From Macrostomum hystrix (lineage: Eukaryota > Animalia > Platyhelminthes): DNA of 64,000 nucleotides. The translations under genes were made by a program, and so were the position numbers. The notes beneath the pieces are model-generated. The model had not been told where the DNA came from, ran no database searches, and saw only the letters and a program-made list of their open reading frames with translations. This document shows positions 35,861 to 49,030 of this stretch, one piece after another; the stretch's first letter is position 1, and each line of letters begins with the position of its first letter. Location: contig CATNEN010000026.1 of assembly GCA_950097015.1 (NCBI GenBank), forward strand, positions 1,488,001 to 1,552,000, in the 5' to 3' direction.

Positions 35861-36639
35861 ATTTTCTGTTTTATGTCTTGATCTTTGGATTTGGGATCTG
35901 GAATCTGATTTCAATATTCGGCACTAAAGCTTTATTTTGCCTTTTACGTAAGCTTTTAGTATCTAAGAGAGAAAATGTTCAAAGTTAACTTCAAAGTCAG
36001 CGAGATGTCTTTGTGAAATCTTTCATTCTTATTTTCTTTGGGCGAAAGTCTTCCTTCGGTTAATTAGGACCAAGGCCTTCCTCTCTGCCTGTCCATCCGC
36101 CTACCTGTTCCACTGGAGTTGTCGCATTCTCTTTCTCATCGTCATCGCATCCTTACTCTTACAAAAAACTGTATCTAAGATCAGAGAAATGATTAAGGGA
36201 AGGGGAGATTTTTGGAAGACAAATTGCGGGAAGGTGGGCGCGACTGTACAGAATGATGCACTATTACATTTTCCCATCAGCGATCGAATGTGGATGAGCA
36301 CACAGGAAGGCTGGCGCCCGCTCGCCCGAGCAGAGGTGCTGAGTCCAGGGGAGGGGGGAATGACGGTCGGCATGCTTTTAGCGGCCCTGGCGCGCCAGAC
36401 TGCAGGGACTCCGGCGACTGGCTAGGAAATGGAAATAGAAGGCGGGGATAATTATTAAGCCTCGGTGGGAGAGGCAAAAATGTTTTATGAAGGCCGGGTG
36501 GGGCGGAGTTAAATGCGTTGCCTGGATTTTGTGTCCGTGTGTTCTCACTGTTCTCACTGTGCTCTCAACATGAGTGGCTGAAGCAGTTCAGCTGCCTAAC
36601 TAGGGGAGAAAATCTTATGGTAAAAGTGGAAACAGAGAC

Positions 36640-37075
36640 GAGATGGGATTGGAGCTGATGGGGAAGAAGGGATGGGATTGGAGCTGATGGGGAAGAACGG
36701 ATGGGATTGGAGCTGATGGGGAAGAAGGGATGGGATTGGAGCTGATGGGGAAGAAGGGATGGGATTGGAGCTGATGGGAAAGAAGGGATGGGATTGGAGC
36801 TGATGGGGAAGAAGGGATGGGATTGGAGCTGATGGGGAAGAAGGGATGGGATTGGAGCTGATGGGGAAGAAGGGACGGGATTGGAGCTGATGGGAAAGAA
36901 GGGATGGGATTGGAGCTGATGTGGAAGAAGGGATGGGATTGGAGCTGATGGGGAAGGGATGGGATTGGAGCTGATGGGAAAGAAGGGATGGGATTGGAGC
37001 TGATGTGGAAGAAGGGATGGGATTGGGGCTGATGGGGAAGGGATGGGATTGGAGCTGATGGGGAAGAAAGGATGG
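36640..37075. repeat. 29-bp G-rich minisatellite (GGGATGGGATTGGAGCTGATGGGGAAGAA)n
   Basis: Direct reading. Confidence 0.94.
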
Positions 37076-37689
37076 GCAATACATGTGGCTGAATAGCAAG
37101 AGATGCTATCCATTTCGGACTAACGCGTATTAATGTACAAATCCATACTCACATGGAGGTTATGCAAGCCACTGCCAGTCCTAATCCCTGTGCCGCAGCT
37201 GTGTTGGATCCCCAGTTCTCGACTTATATTCCCCAAGTCGAGCTAAATCCCCAATTGATCGGGAATTGAGTCCGTGGCCGTAAAAACTCGCAACTGGCCG
37301 AGTTCTGGCCGAAATCTGCTCTCCTCAAACTACAGCCTGGCCTTTCTCTCCCTTGACACCCCCACTCTTGCCGCAAATGCTGCAGGGTGGAGCACAGTTA
37401 GAGTCAGGCAAGAATATATATATGTATATGCTTGTACTCCACGCTAAGCTTCGAGTCACATCTGCAAGTCTGGGAGTGAGTAGAATAACTAACCTACTCC
37501 GTGGGCTAGGCTGTGTTGCATTAACTTAAGACCTGTGTGTTGTAGTTTTTTTCATCACTACTTTAGGAGTAAGTGTATCGATAGATGGCATCTTTACCTT
37601 TCTCTGTGTATAACTGTTAGATACATATAATCTTTGTTCTGACTGCTTTTCCTCTTCCTCCGCTTTTGTTCCGTTCCTTCGCTTTTCTT

Positions 37690-38460
37690 GTCTGTCTGAT
37701 TCTGTCTTGTCTGTCTGATTCTGTCTGATTCTGTCTTGTCTGTCTGACTCTGTCTTGTCTGTCTGATTCTGTCTTGTCTGTCTGACTCTGTCTTGTCTGT
37801 CTGACTCTGTCTTGTCTGTCTGATTCTGTCTGATTCTGTCTGATTCTGTCTGATTCTGTCTTGTCTGTCTGATTCTGTCTTGTCTGTCTGATTCTGTCTG
37901 ATTCTGTCTGATTCTGTCTTGTCTGTCTGATTCTGTCTGATTCTGTCTGATTCTGTCTGATTCTGTCTGATTCTGTCTGATTCTGTCTTGTCTGTCTGAT
38001 TCTGTCTGATTCTGTCTGATTCTGTCTGATTCTGTCTTGTCTGTCTGATTCTGTCTTGTCTGTCTGATTCTGTCTGATTCTGTCTGATTCTGTCTGATTC
38101 TGTCTGATTCTGTCTGATTCTGTCTGATTCTGTCTGATTCTGTCTTGTCTGTCTGATTCTGTCTTGTCTGTCTGATTCTGTCTGATTCTGTCTGATTCTG
38201 TCTGATTCTGTCTGATTCTGTCTGATTCTGTCTGATTCTGTCTTGTCTGTCTGATACTGTCTTGTCTGTCTGATTCTGTCTTGTCTGTCTGATTCTGTCT
38301 GATTCTGTCTGATTCTGTCTGATTCTGTCTGATTCTGTCTGATTCTGTCTTGTCTGTCTGATTCTGTCTGATTCTGTCTGATTCTGTCTGATTCTGTCTG
38401 ATTCTGTCTGATTCTGTCTGATTCTGTCTTGTCTGTCTGATTCTGTCTTGTCTGTCTGCC
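37690..38460. repeat. (TCTGATTCTG)n / (TCTTGTCTGTCTGATTCTG) compound repeat
   Basis: Direct reading. Confidence 0.95.
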
Positions 38461-38924
38461 GCCAAGACTGTCTTTCCACCGCTTCTTCCCAACTTCAGTA
38501 TAAGATTTTTCATCGATTTCCTGTTGTCTGGTTGCCTGTAATTAGAAAACGAGCTTCATCAAGTCTTGTTATACTGAGCAGCCGTTCGGAGAAAGTGTTG
38601 TCACTTCACTTGTCCTTGAGTTTGCTCAATCTTGTTAGTTTTAAACCCACACCATACCAGTGAGATCTGCTGTTGCTGTTGCTGCAAAAGCGTTTTCTTA
38701 CTCAAATAGACAGCGCTTTTCAATTGAGTTTTCCTGTTTTTTCTTTACTATCGGAAAATGATCTAATCGATTTTGAGTTCACTTTCAGTTGAGAGTATCA
38801 TTCGATTTGTCAGACACTTCGTCTCAGATGATCTTTGTAGATGCTCAGATAGCTGTCTGGTCTAAACTGTGTCTAGAGTGCTGCTTGGATACAATGCTAG
38901 GTTTTTGAAAGTTAATTAGGGATT

Positions 38925-40030
38925 TCCATGAGTTTAATATAGATTTCCATCAGTTCAACATAGATTTCCATCAGTTTAATTGAGTTTTCCATCAGCCAAA
39001 TATGAATTTCCATCAGTTAAGTATGGATTTCGATCAGGCAAATATGGATTTCCATCAGTTCAATAATGATTTCCATCAGTTCAATAATGATTTCCATCAG
39101 TTCCATATAGATTTCCATCAGTTCAATATACTCGTAGATTTCCATCAGTTCAATATACTCGTAGATTTCCATCAGTTCAATATACTCGTAGATTTCCATC
39201 AGTTCAATATACTCGTAGATTTCCATCAGTTCAATATACTCGTAGATTTTCATCAGTTCAATTTAGATTTCCATCAGGCCAACATGAATTTCCATCAGTT
39301 CAATTTGGATTTCCATCAGTCCAATATGAATTTCCATCAGTTCAATTTGGATTTCTATCAGTCCATTATGAATTACCATCAGTTCAGTATAGATTTCCAT
39401 CAGTTCAGTATAGATTTCCATCAGTTCAATATGGATTTCAATCAGTCCAATATGGATTTCCATCAGTCCAATATGAATTTCCATCAGTCCAATATGAATT
39501 TCCATCAGTCCAATATGAATTTCCATCAGTCCAATATGAATTTCCATCAGTTCAATATGGATTTCCATCAGTCCAATATGAATTTCCATCAGTCCAATAT
39601 GAATTTACATCAGTCCAATATGAATTTCCATCAGTTCAATATGGATTTCCATCAGTCCAATATGAATTTCCATCAGTCCAATATGAATTTCCATCAGTCC
39701 AATATGGATTTCCATCAGTTCAATTTAGATTTCCATCAGTTTAATTTGGATTTCCATCAGTTCAATTTGGATTTCCATCAGGCCAATATGAATTTCCATC
39801 AGTTCAATTTGGATTTCCATCAGGCCAATATGGATTTCCATCAATTCAATATAGATTTCCATTAGTTTAATTTAGTTTTCCATCCGTCCAATTTGAAATT
39901 CCATCAGTTCAGTATAGATTTCCATAAGTTGAATATATATTTCCATCAGTTCAATTTAGTTTTCAATCAGCTTAATATGAATTTCCATCAGTTTAAATAT
40001 GGATTTCCATCAAGCCAATATGGATTTCCA
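38925..40030. repeat. 21-bp minisatellite (ATTTCCATCAGTTCAATATGG)n with variants
   Basis: Direct reading. Confidence 0.94.
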
Positions 40031-40369
40031 TCATGCCAAATCGTATTTTATTAGGATATTAATGTATTTCCTAATGTATTAGGCCAATCTGGGTTTCATT
40101 AGCTCAACACGGGTTTGTCGAGTATTAGTTCTCTCAGGGGAGTATATGATAAGCAGTTTTATGAGACACAGCGCAGATTTAAGCTGGCATTAGTATCTGT
40201 TCCTGGTATCATAGTTAAAAGCGTTAATTATACGAATCCAATGTCTACCGCTCACTCCTAACTCAATCCGCTTGCCTTACTATCTCTAGCTGGCTCCAAT
40301 GCTGTATAAAAACTCTATTTGGTAGTCTGGACACGGCACAGAGAATTGTGTCCCAGATTCACATATCCC

Positions 40370-40430
40370 TTCCGCCTGGCTGGGCCGGTGGACCGGGCGG
40401 GCGCGCATGACGTTGCCCATAGCAACGAAC
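40370..40430. promoter_or_regulatory. Candidate intronic promoter: GC boxes, TGACGT half-CRE and RFX X-box GTTGCC-CAT-AGCAAC (40412-40426)
   Basis: Fits X-box consensus GTNRCC(N0-3)RGYAAC inside a local CpG-rich island ~800 bp upstream of FARP exon 2. Confidence 0.45.
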
Positions 40431-40739
40431 CCACGCGAACTCACCCTATTTTCTCCATGTCTCATGTCGGAGTGCCTTGCTCTGCTCTCGGAGGCAATGA
40501 GTCACGAATGCGCCGTAGTGATGTCCACTGGCGTGCGTGTAATTATAGATTGATTTTTGGGCTGCTCGCTTTAAATTTAGTAACTAGTACTGGCCTGTTA
40601 CGCAATAACCTCATTGGCTCTCTGCTCTTATAGGCGAATAAGGAATTATTTTTAGGGATCTATGCAACTGCAACTGTCTAAGGGTCTGCCTGTGCGATCC
40701 TCTTAGAGCTAGACTATATAAATCTTCATTCTAACCGGA

Positions 40740-41200
40740 GCCACCCTCGCTGCCACAGCCACCCCACTCCTTCATCTACCCACCCTCACTGCCCAGTGCC
40801 CAACCACCTCACTCCTTAATTCTAACCTTGCCTCACTGCCACAGCCACCCCACTCCTACGTTCTACCCACCCCCACTGCTGCAGCTACTCCACTCCTTCA
40901 TTCTACTGACCCTCACTGCCGCAGCCACCCCACTCCTTCATTCTACTGCCCCTCACTGTTACTGCCACCCCACTCCTTTATTCTACCAACCCCTCACTGT
41001 TACTGCCACCCACTCCTTCGTTCAACCCACCCCCACTGCTGAAGCCACCCCACTCCTTCATTCTACCCACTGCTCACTGCCACTGCCACCCACTCCTTTA
41101 TTCTACCCACCCTCACTGCTGCAGCCACCCCACTCCTTTATCCTACCCACCCCTCAATGCCGCAGCCACCCCTCACTCCTTTATTCCACCCACCCCACTC
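40740..41200. repeat. Degenerate ~40-bp C-rich minisatellite just upstream of FARP exon 2
   Basis: Repeated CCACCCCACTCCTT(C/T)ATTCTACCCACCCTCACTG. Confidence 0.85.
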
Positions 41201-41216
41201 CCTAATTAATCTGCAG

Positions 41217-41321
41217 GCTCGAGTGCCCGGCCAAGAGCTGTTCAACGCGGTTGTTAAAAAGCTAAAACTACTAGAAGTAGACTACTTCGATTTGGAGTTT
41301 CTGTCCCGCGACGGTCGTCAG
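41217..41321 (+). CDS. FARP: FARP exon 2 (ARVPGQELFNAVVKKLKLLEVDYFDLEFLSRDGRQ)
   Basis: CTGCAG| and |GTATGT, phase 0/0; FERM-N DYF.LEF motif. Confidence 0.95.
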
Positions 41322-41390
41322 GTATGTTTTCAGTTTGTTTTAATATAGATAAATTTTGTCAATAATAGAATATAAAAAAACGGATTTCAG

Positions 41391-41512
41391 TCCTGGTTGG
41401 AGCACGAGAAGACTTTGCCGAAGCAGTGCCCCTCATCGACCGAGTTAATTTTCTACTTTTCTGTGAAATTTTATCCGCCAGATCCTCACCTGTTAGAGGA
41501 CGAATTTACAAG
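41391..41512 (+). CDS. FARP: FARP exon 3 (SWLEHEK...VKFYPPDPHLLEDEFTR)
   Basis: TTTCAG| and AG|GTTAGT, phase 0/2; WL and VKF.PPD motifs. Confidence 0.95.
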
Positions 41513-41581
41513 GTTAGTGACTTTGAATTTGAATTTGATTATGCGACTGGCTGATTGACAGCACCGTGCGCACTCCCACAG

Positions 41582-41679
41582 GTTTCTATTCGCTCTGCAA
41601 ATCAAGCGTGACCTATTAAACGGCCTGCTACCTTGCAGCGAGAACACGCTGGCTCTGCTGGCTTCCTATTTAGTTCAAG
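41582..41679 (+). CDS. FARP: FARP exon 4 (FLFALQIKRDLLNGLLPCSENTLALLASYLVQ)
   Basis: CCACAG| and G|GTGAGT, phase 2/1; FERM-M. Confidence 0.95.
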
Positions 41680-41764
41680 GTGAGTAGATCGTGGTTTAAT
41701 GCGGGGATTATAAATAAGTAATAATAGGCGGATCATCGGATCAATACGGGGATTAGCAGCGGGT

Positions 41765-42830
41765 AAATATATGGACTATCAGTGGGTAATATCTGGATTA
41801 TCAGTGGGTCAATATCTGGATTATCAGTGGGTCAATATCTGGATTATCAGGGTCAATATATGGATTATCAGGGTCAATATATGGACTATCAGTGGGTCAA
41901 CGTATGGATTATCAGTGGGTCAATATCTGGTTTATCAGTGGGTCAATATATGGATTATCAGTGGGTCAATATCTGGATTATCAGGGTCAAAATATGGATT
42001 ATCAGGGTCAATATATAGATTATCAGTGGGTCAATATATGGACTATCAGTGGGTCAATATCTGGATTATCAGTGGGTCAATATATGGATTATCAGGGTCA
42101 AAATATGGATTATCAGGGTCAATATCTGGATTATCAGGGTCAATATATGGATTATCAGTGGGTCAATATATGGACTATCAGTGGGTAATATCTGGATTAT
42201 CAGTGGGTCAATATATGGATTATCAGGGTCAAAATATGGATTATCAGGGTCAAAATATGGATTATCAGGGTCAATATATAGATTATCAGTGGGTCAATAT
42301 ATGGACTATCAGTGGGTCAATATCTGGATAATCCGTGGGTCAATATATGCATTATCAGTGTGTCAATATATGGATTATCAGTGGGCCAATATCTGGATTA
42401 TCAGTGGGTCAACGTATGGATTATCAGTGGGTCAATATCTGGTTTATCAGTGGGTCAATATATGGATTATCAGTGGGTCAATATGTAGATTATCAGTGTA
42501 TCAACATATGGATTATCAGTGGATCAATGTCTGGATTATCAGTGGGTCAATATCTGGTTTATCAGTGGGTCAATATATGGATTATCAGTGGGTCAATATG
42601 TAGATTCTCAGTGTATTAACATATGGATTATCAGTGGATCAATGTCTGGATTATCAGTGGGTCAACGTATGGATTATCAGTGGGTTAATATATGGATTAT
42701 CAGTGGGTCAATATATGGATTATCAGGGTCAATATATGGATTATCAGTGTGTCAATATATGGATTATCAGTGGGTCAATATATGGATTATCAGGGTCAAT
42801 ATATGGATTATCAGTGGGTCAATATCTGAC
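41765..42830. repeat. 23/19-bp minisatellite (GGATTATCAGTGGGTCAATATAT)n
   Basis: Direct reading; FARP intron 4. Confidence 0.95.
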
Positions 42831-43404
42831 CCATTGATATGGATATGGGCACCAGCATTAGCAGGGTAATTGAGTGTCTCCCAAGTCCAGGGACTGAACA
42901 GCCGTACGCAGCCTTCAGCTGCGGCTGTCGGCTGCACATCTGGCCCAAATTTAGGCAGGTGTGGTCAACTATTATTATTTTTATTATTATTATTAATATT
43001 ATTATTATTATTAGTACAATGGTTGATCAATACGGGATTGCCAGTGGGTCGATTCGGACATCGCTAAAAGGTCAGTCTCGATTTTATCCCATGACGCATT
43101 GACAGAAAGGATCTTAATTCTATTTAAATCCTAAACTCTTTCTCAATTTCCTGCCCAGATCCAAATGGGACTGTCAAATCTCGGGAATTGGCTGTTTTTG
43201 CGTCTCTGTCTCCATGTCATGTTATGTTTTGCTTGATCGGTTCAAATCTAGTCTAGTTAGTCACGCAAAGTGCTGCATAATCCTTTATATCTTTACTCAG
43301 TTGTATTTAAGCTTTGTTTAATGCTTGCACCGCTAATGATTCTGGTATAGGTCAGTTACAGGTAGGCGAGATCAAGTAGATTAAAAAAAGTAGGTAAGTA
43401 GCAG

Positions 43405-44735
43405 GTAGTCATGGGTGGGTCAGGAACAGGTAGTCATGGTTATGTCAGGAACAGGTAGTCTTGGTTAGGTCAGGAACCGGTAGTTTTGGTTAGGTCAGGA
43501 ACAGGTAGTCTTGGTTAGGTCAGGAACCGGTAGTTTTGGTTAGGTCAGGAACAGGTAGTTTTTGGTTAGGTCAGGGACAGGTAGTTTTGGTTAGGTCAGG
43601 GACAGGTAGTTTTGGTTAGGTCAGGAACAGGTAGTTTTGGTTAGATCTGGAACAGGTAGTTTTGGTTAGGTCAGGAACAGATAGTTTAGGTTAGGTAAGG
43701 AACAGGTAGTTTTGGTTAGGTCTGGAACCGGTAGTTTTGGTTAGGTCAGGAACAGGTAGTCTTGGCTAGGTCAGGAACAGGTAGTCATGGTTATGTCAGG
43801 AACAGGTAGTCTTGGTTAGGTCAGGAACAGGTAGTCATGGTTATGTCAGGAACAGGTAGTCTTGGTTAGGTCAGGAACCGGTAGTTTTGGTTAGGTCAGG
43901 AACAGGTAGTCTTGGTTAGGTCAGGAACCGGTAGTTTTGGTTAGGTCAGGAACAGGTAGTTTTGGTTAGGTCAGGGACAGGTAGTTTTGGTTAGGTCAGG
44001 AACAGGTAGTTTTGGTTAGGTCAGGAACAGGTAGTTTTGGTTAGATCTGGAACAGGTAGTTTTGGTTAGGTCAGGAACCGGTAGTCTTGGTTAGGTCTGG
44101 AACAGGTAGTCTTGGTTAGGTCTGGAACAGGTAGTTTTGGTTAGGTCTGGAACAGGTAGTCTTGGTTAGGTCAGGAACAGGTAGTTTTTGGTTAGGTCAG
44201 GGACAGGTAGTTTTGGTTAGGTCAGGGACAGGTAGTTTTGGTTAGGTCAGGAACAGGTAGTTTTGGTTAGATCTGGAACAGGTAGTTTTGGTTAGGTCAG
44301 GAACAGATAGTTTAGGTTAGGTAAGGAACAGGTAGTTTTGGTTAGGTCTGGAACAGGTAGTCTTGGTTAGGTAAGGAACAGGTAGTTTTGGTTAGGTCTG
44401 GAACAGGTAGTCTTGGTTAGGTAAGGAACAGGTAGTTTTGGTTAGGTCTGGAACAGGTAGTTTTGGTTAGGTCTGGAACAGGTAGTTTTTGGTTAGGTCT
44501 GGAACAGGTAGTCTTGGTTAGGTAAGGAACAGGTAGTTTTGGTTAGGTCAGGGACAGGTAGTTTTTGGTTAGGTCAGGGACAGGTAGTTTTGGTTAGGTC
44601 AGGAACAGGTGGTTTTGGTTAGGTCAGGGACAGGTAGTCAAGGGTGGGTCAGGAACAGGTAGTTTTGGTTAGGTCAGGAACAGGTAGTTTTGGTTAGGTC
44701 AGGGACAGGTAGTCAAGGGTGGGTCAGGAACAGGT
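43405..44735. repeat. 25-bp minisatellite (GGTTAGGTCAGGAACAGGTAGTTTT)n
   Basis: Direct reading; FARP intron 4; last unit reads CAG|GTAAGC. Confidence 0.96.
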
Positions 44736-44800
44736 AAGCCTTAGATTCTGCAATATACAAGTTGTATTTCTATTGATAATGTTTCAATTAAATTTCGCAG

Positions 44801-44927
44801 CTGAAATCGGTGACTTCCTCGAAGACGAATACCTGGACACGCTGTACCTGACACAACTGAAGGTGGTTCCGCAGCCGTACACAGAAGACCTGCTAATTAA
44901 AGTTATGGAATATCACAAGGCTCACAT
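44801..44927 (+). CDS. FARP: FARP exon 5 (AEIGDFLEDEYLDTLYL...KVMEYHKAHI)
   Basis: TTCGCAG| and AT|GTAAAT, phase 1/2; Q.EIGDF motif. Confidence 0.93.
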
Positions 44928-45344
44928 GTAAATCTATAATTTCAAACAGTGTTTACATGTTTATTAGTAAGAAAAGACAAATTTATAATCAATAAGGCAT
45001 TGGGAATACATGAGTTTTTATATTTATTTCCTCAAAGCCTTTAGGCTATTGAAGTCCCATGTGTTCAGAAGAAAATTATTATTCTTATCAAGTCTATTCC
45101 TATATTAAGGAGCAATATTCGCTTAGGAGTGAGAATTCCGTTTCGTCTGTTATCCTCTCTAGCATCGTAATGAACAAGCTGAATTAATCATCCCATTTCG
45201 GAGTGGATCCAGCTGATGAAGGGTCGATGAGCTGGGGGGAATTCAGAGCACACAAGATTTTGGTGGGGGAAAATGTCTGACGCATTTGCTAAGATGACTA
45301 TCGCATTATCACATTGCTGCTGTTCTGTTGATATTAGAGACTAA

Positions 45345-45730
45345 TGTTTGATAGAGACCGATAGATATACGATAGAGACCGATAGATATACGATAGAGAC
45401 CGATAGATATACGATAGAGACCGATAGATATACGATAGAGACCGATAGATTAACGATAGAGACGGATAGATTTACGATAGAGACCGATAGATTAACGATA
45501 GAGACCGATAGATATACGATAGAGACCGATAGATATACGATAGAGACCGATAGATATACGATAGAGACCGATAGATATACGATAGAGACCGATAGATATA
45601 CGATAGAGACCGATAGATAAGGATAGAGACCAATGGATATACGATAAAGACCGGTAGATAATGATAGAGACCGATAGATAATGATAGAGACCGATAGATA
45701 ATGATAGAGACCGATAGATATGTGATTGGG
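45345..45730. repeat. 21-bp minisatellite (GATAGAGACCGATAGATATAC)n
   Basis: Direct reading; FARP intron 5. Confidence 0.93.
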
Positions 45731-45926
45731 ACTGATAGATCACATAAAAATTTATAGAGACTGATAGATATCTGATCGAGACTGACTAACAGTTAATAAA
45801 GACTGATAAACAGTTTATTGAGAAGTCTGGTAGGTAGTTAATAGATTGATAAACAGGCCTGTAAACAAAGGAAGCAACTAAAGTAGATAAAGCAGCTTTT
45901 ATCTCCCCCACACCTCGAATGTGCAG

Positions 45927-46014
45927 CGGCCTCTCGCCTGAAGACGCCGAGTACAGCCTGCTTGATACGGCCAGAAAAGTTGAACTGTACGGCATTCGCC
46001 TGCATCCGGCACGG
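45927..46014 (+). CDS. FARP: FARP exon 6 (GLSPEDAEYSLLDTARKVELYGIRLHPAR)
   Basis: GTGCAG| and CGG|GTGAGT, phase 2/0; YGIRLHPA is the FARP1 sequence. Confidence 0.95.
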
Positions 46015-46149
46015 GTGAGTTATCCACATTTTTATAACTTAGGCTATGCTTGATTCTGTGGCTTCTAGCCTTCAGAAGAGAGCAAGCAGTAGTAGAAATA
46101 CTATCAATTTAAACAAGAGTGGATTAAACTGACTAACTGCAGCTATGGT

Positions 46150-46760
46150 GAATAACGGGTGGTAGATTGATACTCAGGATGATAGATTGATACTCAGGAT
46201 GGTAGATTTATAAAAAGATGGTAGATTGATAAAAATGGTAGATTGATAAAATATGGTAGATTGATACTCAGGATAGTAGATAGATAAAAAGAATGGCAGA
46301 TTGATACTCAGGATAGTAGATAGATAAAAAGAATGGCAGATTGATACTCAGGATGGTAGATTGATAAAAATGGTAGATTGATAAAACATGGTAGATTGAT
46401 ACTCAGGATAGTAGATAGATAAAAAGAATGGCAGATTGATACTCAGGATGGTAGATTTATACTCAGTAGGCAGGTAGATATTAAGGTAGTGGGTAAAAAG
46501 GAATATAGAAAAGTAGATAGGTAGACTGGAAGGTGGAAAGCTAGACTGGATGGTAGACAGGTAGACTGGATGGTAGACAGGTAGACTGGTTGGTAGACAG
46601 GTAGATTTAAAGGTAGGCAGGTAGACTGGTAGGTAAACATGTAGACTGGAAGGTAGGCAGGTAGACTGGAAGGTAGGCAGGTAGACTGGAATGTAGGCAG
46701 GTAGACTGGAAGGTAGGCAGGTAGACTGGTAGGTAGACAGGTAGACTTGAAGGTAGAGAG
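46150..46760. repeat. Compound purine-rich repeat (GGTAGATTGATACTCAGGAT; GGCAGGTAGACTGGAAGGTA)
   Basis: Direct reading; FARP intron 6. Confidence 0.88.
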
Positions 46761-46799
46761 TTGAATGGTAAGACATTCCCACTTGACGCGGCCGCCCAG

Positions 46800-46955
46800 G
46801 ATCACGAAGGCCTGCCTTTGAACCTGGCTGTGGCCCACGCAGGTGTTCTAGTCTTCCAGGGCACTTCGCGCATCAACACATTCAGCTGGGCCAAGATTCG
46901 CAAGCTCAGCTTCAAGAGAAAGAAATTCCTGGTTAAACTGCACCCCGAAGGATAT
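46800..46955 (+). CDS. FARP: FARP exon 7 ([21 protein letters not shown]...[23 protein letters not shown])
   Basis: CCCAG| and TAT|GTGAGT, phase 0/0; [17 protein letters not shown] motif. Confidence 0.96.
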
Positions 46956-47319
46956 GTGAGTTGGCTTTAATGGTGTCTAATTCGCTTTTGTTACACCTAA
47001 TTCCTCTGCATTGCCTTTTTTACTATTGGCCTTTCCGTTTTTTGCTTTTTTGTCTCTCTCGCTTTCTGGAAGTTTTTTTCAGTGGTTTTAATAATTAACT
47101 GTAATCATTCTGATTTTGTCGTCTAGCAATTTGCCAATTTATGTGCTGTTTTTAATTATCTTGTTCTAATTGCTACTTTCAGTAATTTATTTCCAGCGGC
47201 TTTATTCGAGCGTGTTTCCTTTGTTCCCTCGCCTTCTCTCCTTCGACTCTCTCTCACCCTTCCCCTCATTTCCTGACCTCTTCTCTCCCTAACCCAACCT
47301 CTAAACCACTGCCTAATCT

Positions 47320-48095
47320 ACTCTCTAATCTACCCCTTAATCCACTCTCTAATCCATTCTCTAATCCATTCTCTAATCCATTCTCTAATTCACTCTCTAA
47401 TTCACTCCCTAATCCACTTTCTAATTCACTCCCTAATCCACTCCCTAATCCACTCTCTAATCCACTCTCTAATCCATTCTCTAATCCATTCTCTAATCCA
47501 TTCTCTAATCCATTCTCTAATTCACTCTCTAATTCACTCCCTAATCCACTTTCTAATTCATTCCCTAATCCACTCCCTAATCCACTCTCTAATCCACTCT
47601 CTAATCCATTCTCTAATCCATTCTCTAATCCACTCCCTAATCCACTCTCTAATCCACTCTCTAATTCGCTCCCTAATCCACTCTCTAATCCATTCTCTAA
47701 TTCACTCTCTAATTCACTCCCTAATCCACTCTCTAATCCACTCTCTAATCCATTCTCTAATCCATTCTCTAATCCACTCCCTAATCCACTCTCTAATCCA
47801 CTCTCTAATTCACTCTCTAATCCATTCTCTAATCCATTCTCTAATCCACTCTCTAATCCACTCTCTAATCCACTCTCTAATTCGCTCTCTAATTCACTCC
47901 CTAATCCACTCTCTAATCCACTCTCTAATCCATTCTCTAATTCACTACCTAATTCACTCTCTAATCCACTCTCTAATCCACTCTCTAATCCACTCTCTAA
48001 TCCACTCTCTAATCCACTCTCTAATCCATTCTCTAATTCACTCTCTAATCCACTCTCTACTCCACTTCCAACCAACCCTCTAATCCACTCTCCCT
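47320..48095. repeat. 12-bp repeat (CTCTAATCCACT)n
   Basis: Direct reading; FARP intron 7. Confidence 0.94.
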
Positions 48096-48504
48096 AAATA
48101 TCGTCTCTCGCAGCTTAACATACATCTAGTACAAAAAACGCGTAAGCTTTTCTATTACGATTAATTGATGAAAATGAAATACATCATTTCAGAATCCCGA
48201 CAAAGAGCTGCTGGACTCAATGCAGCTCTTTGTAATTGAAGGCGTAAGGCTAACCAATTATTGCGGATAGCTAGATTATTGTGAAATTAAATGACTTAAT
48301 CTACCGGTACCGGTAGGTCCAAGCAATGCATTTATCGCAAGTTTACACATTAGACTGTGAGACTGTGAAAGGCTTCTTATTTATTTATTTAGGGCTTGCT
48401 TGCTCTGTCAGATTTTTTTCTAGCAAACGGGTGGATCCGGTTAATAAACTATTTTTTAGGATTTTGAAAAGTTTTTATAAATAAAGTATCTGTGAATACA
48501 AAGG

Positions 48505-49030
48505 ATTTGGAATTTGACGGGCTTGTTAATCTTTGGATTTGGGATTCCATTGGTTTGTTAATCGTCAGATTTAGGATTCCATGGGTTTGTTAATCGAAAG
48601 ATTTGGGATTCCATGGGTTTGTTAATCGTAGGATTTGGGATTCCATGGGTTTGTTAATCGTAGGATTTAGGATTCCATGGGTTTGTTAATCGAAAGATTT
48701 AGGATTCCATGGGTTTGTTAATCGTAGGATTTGGGATTCCATGGGTTTGTTAATCGTAGGATTTGGGATTCCATGTGTTTGTTAATCGTAGGATTTAGGA
48801 TTCCATGGGTTTTTTAATCGTAGGATTTGGGATTCCATTGGTTTGTTAATCGAAGGATTTAGGATTCCATGGGTTTGTTAATCGTAGGATTTAGGATTCC
48901 ATGGGTTTGTTAATCGTAGGATTTGGGATTCCGTGGGTTTGTTAATCGTAGGATTTGAGATTCCATGGGTTTGTTAATCGTAGGATTTGGGATTCCATTG
49001 GTTTGTTAATCGTAGGATTTTCGATTCCTT
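48505..49030. repeat. 32-bp minisatellite (GGATTTGGGATTCCATGGGTTTGTTAATCGTA)n
   Basis: Direct reading; FARP intron 7. Confidence 0.94.

Noticed and set aside
35570-35914. (KSKDSAA)n protein nested antisense in FARP intron 1
   Set aside because: TTG start, a repeat unit mutated to TAA, no clear exon boundaries; most simply a 21-bp array.
37526-38900. Minus-strand coding-like sequence around the TCTGATTCTG array
   Set aside because: Stops in all frames outside the repeat; possibly a decayed TE but no diagnostic motif.
48301-48316. Perfect 16-bp palindrome CTACCGGTACCGGTAG
   Set aside because: Single short palindrome with no context suggesting function.
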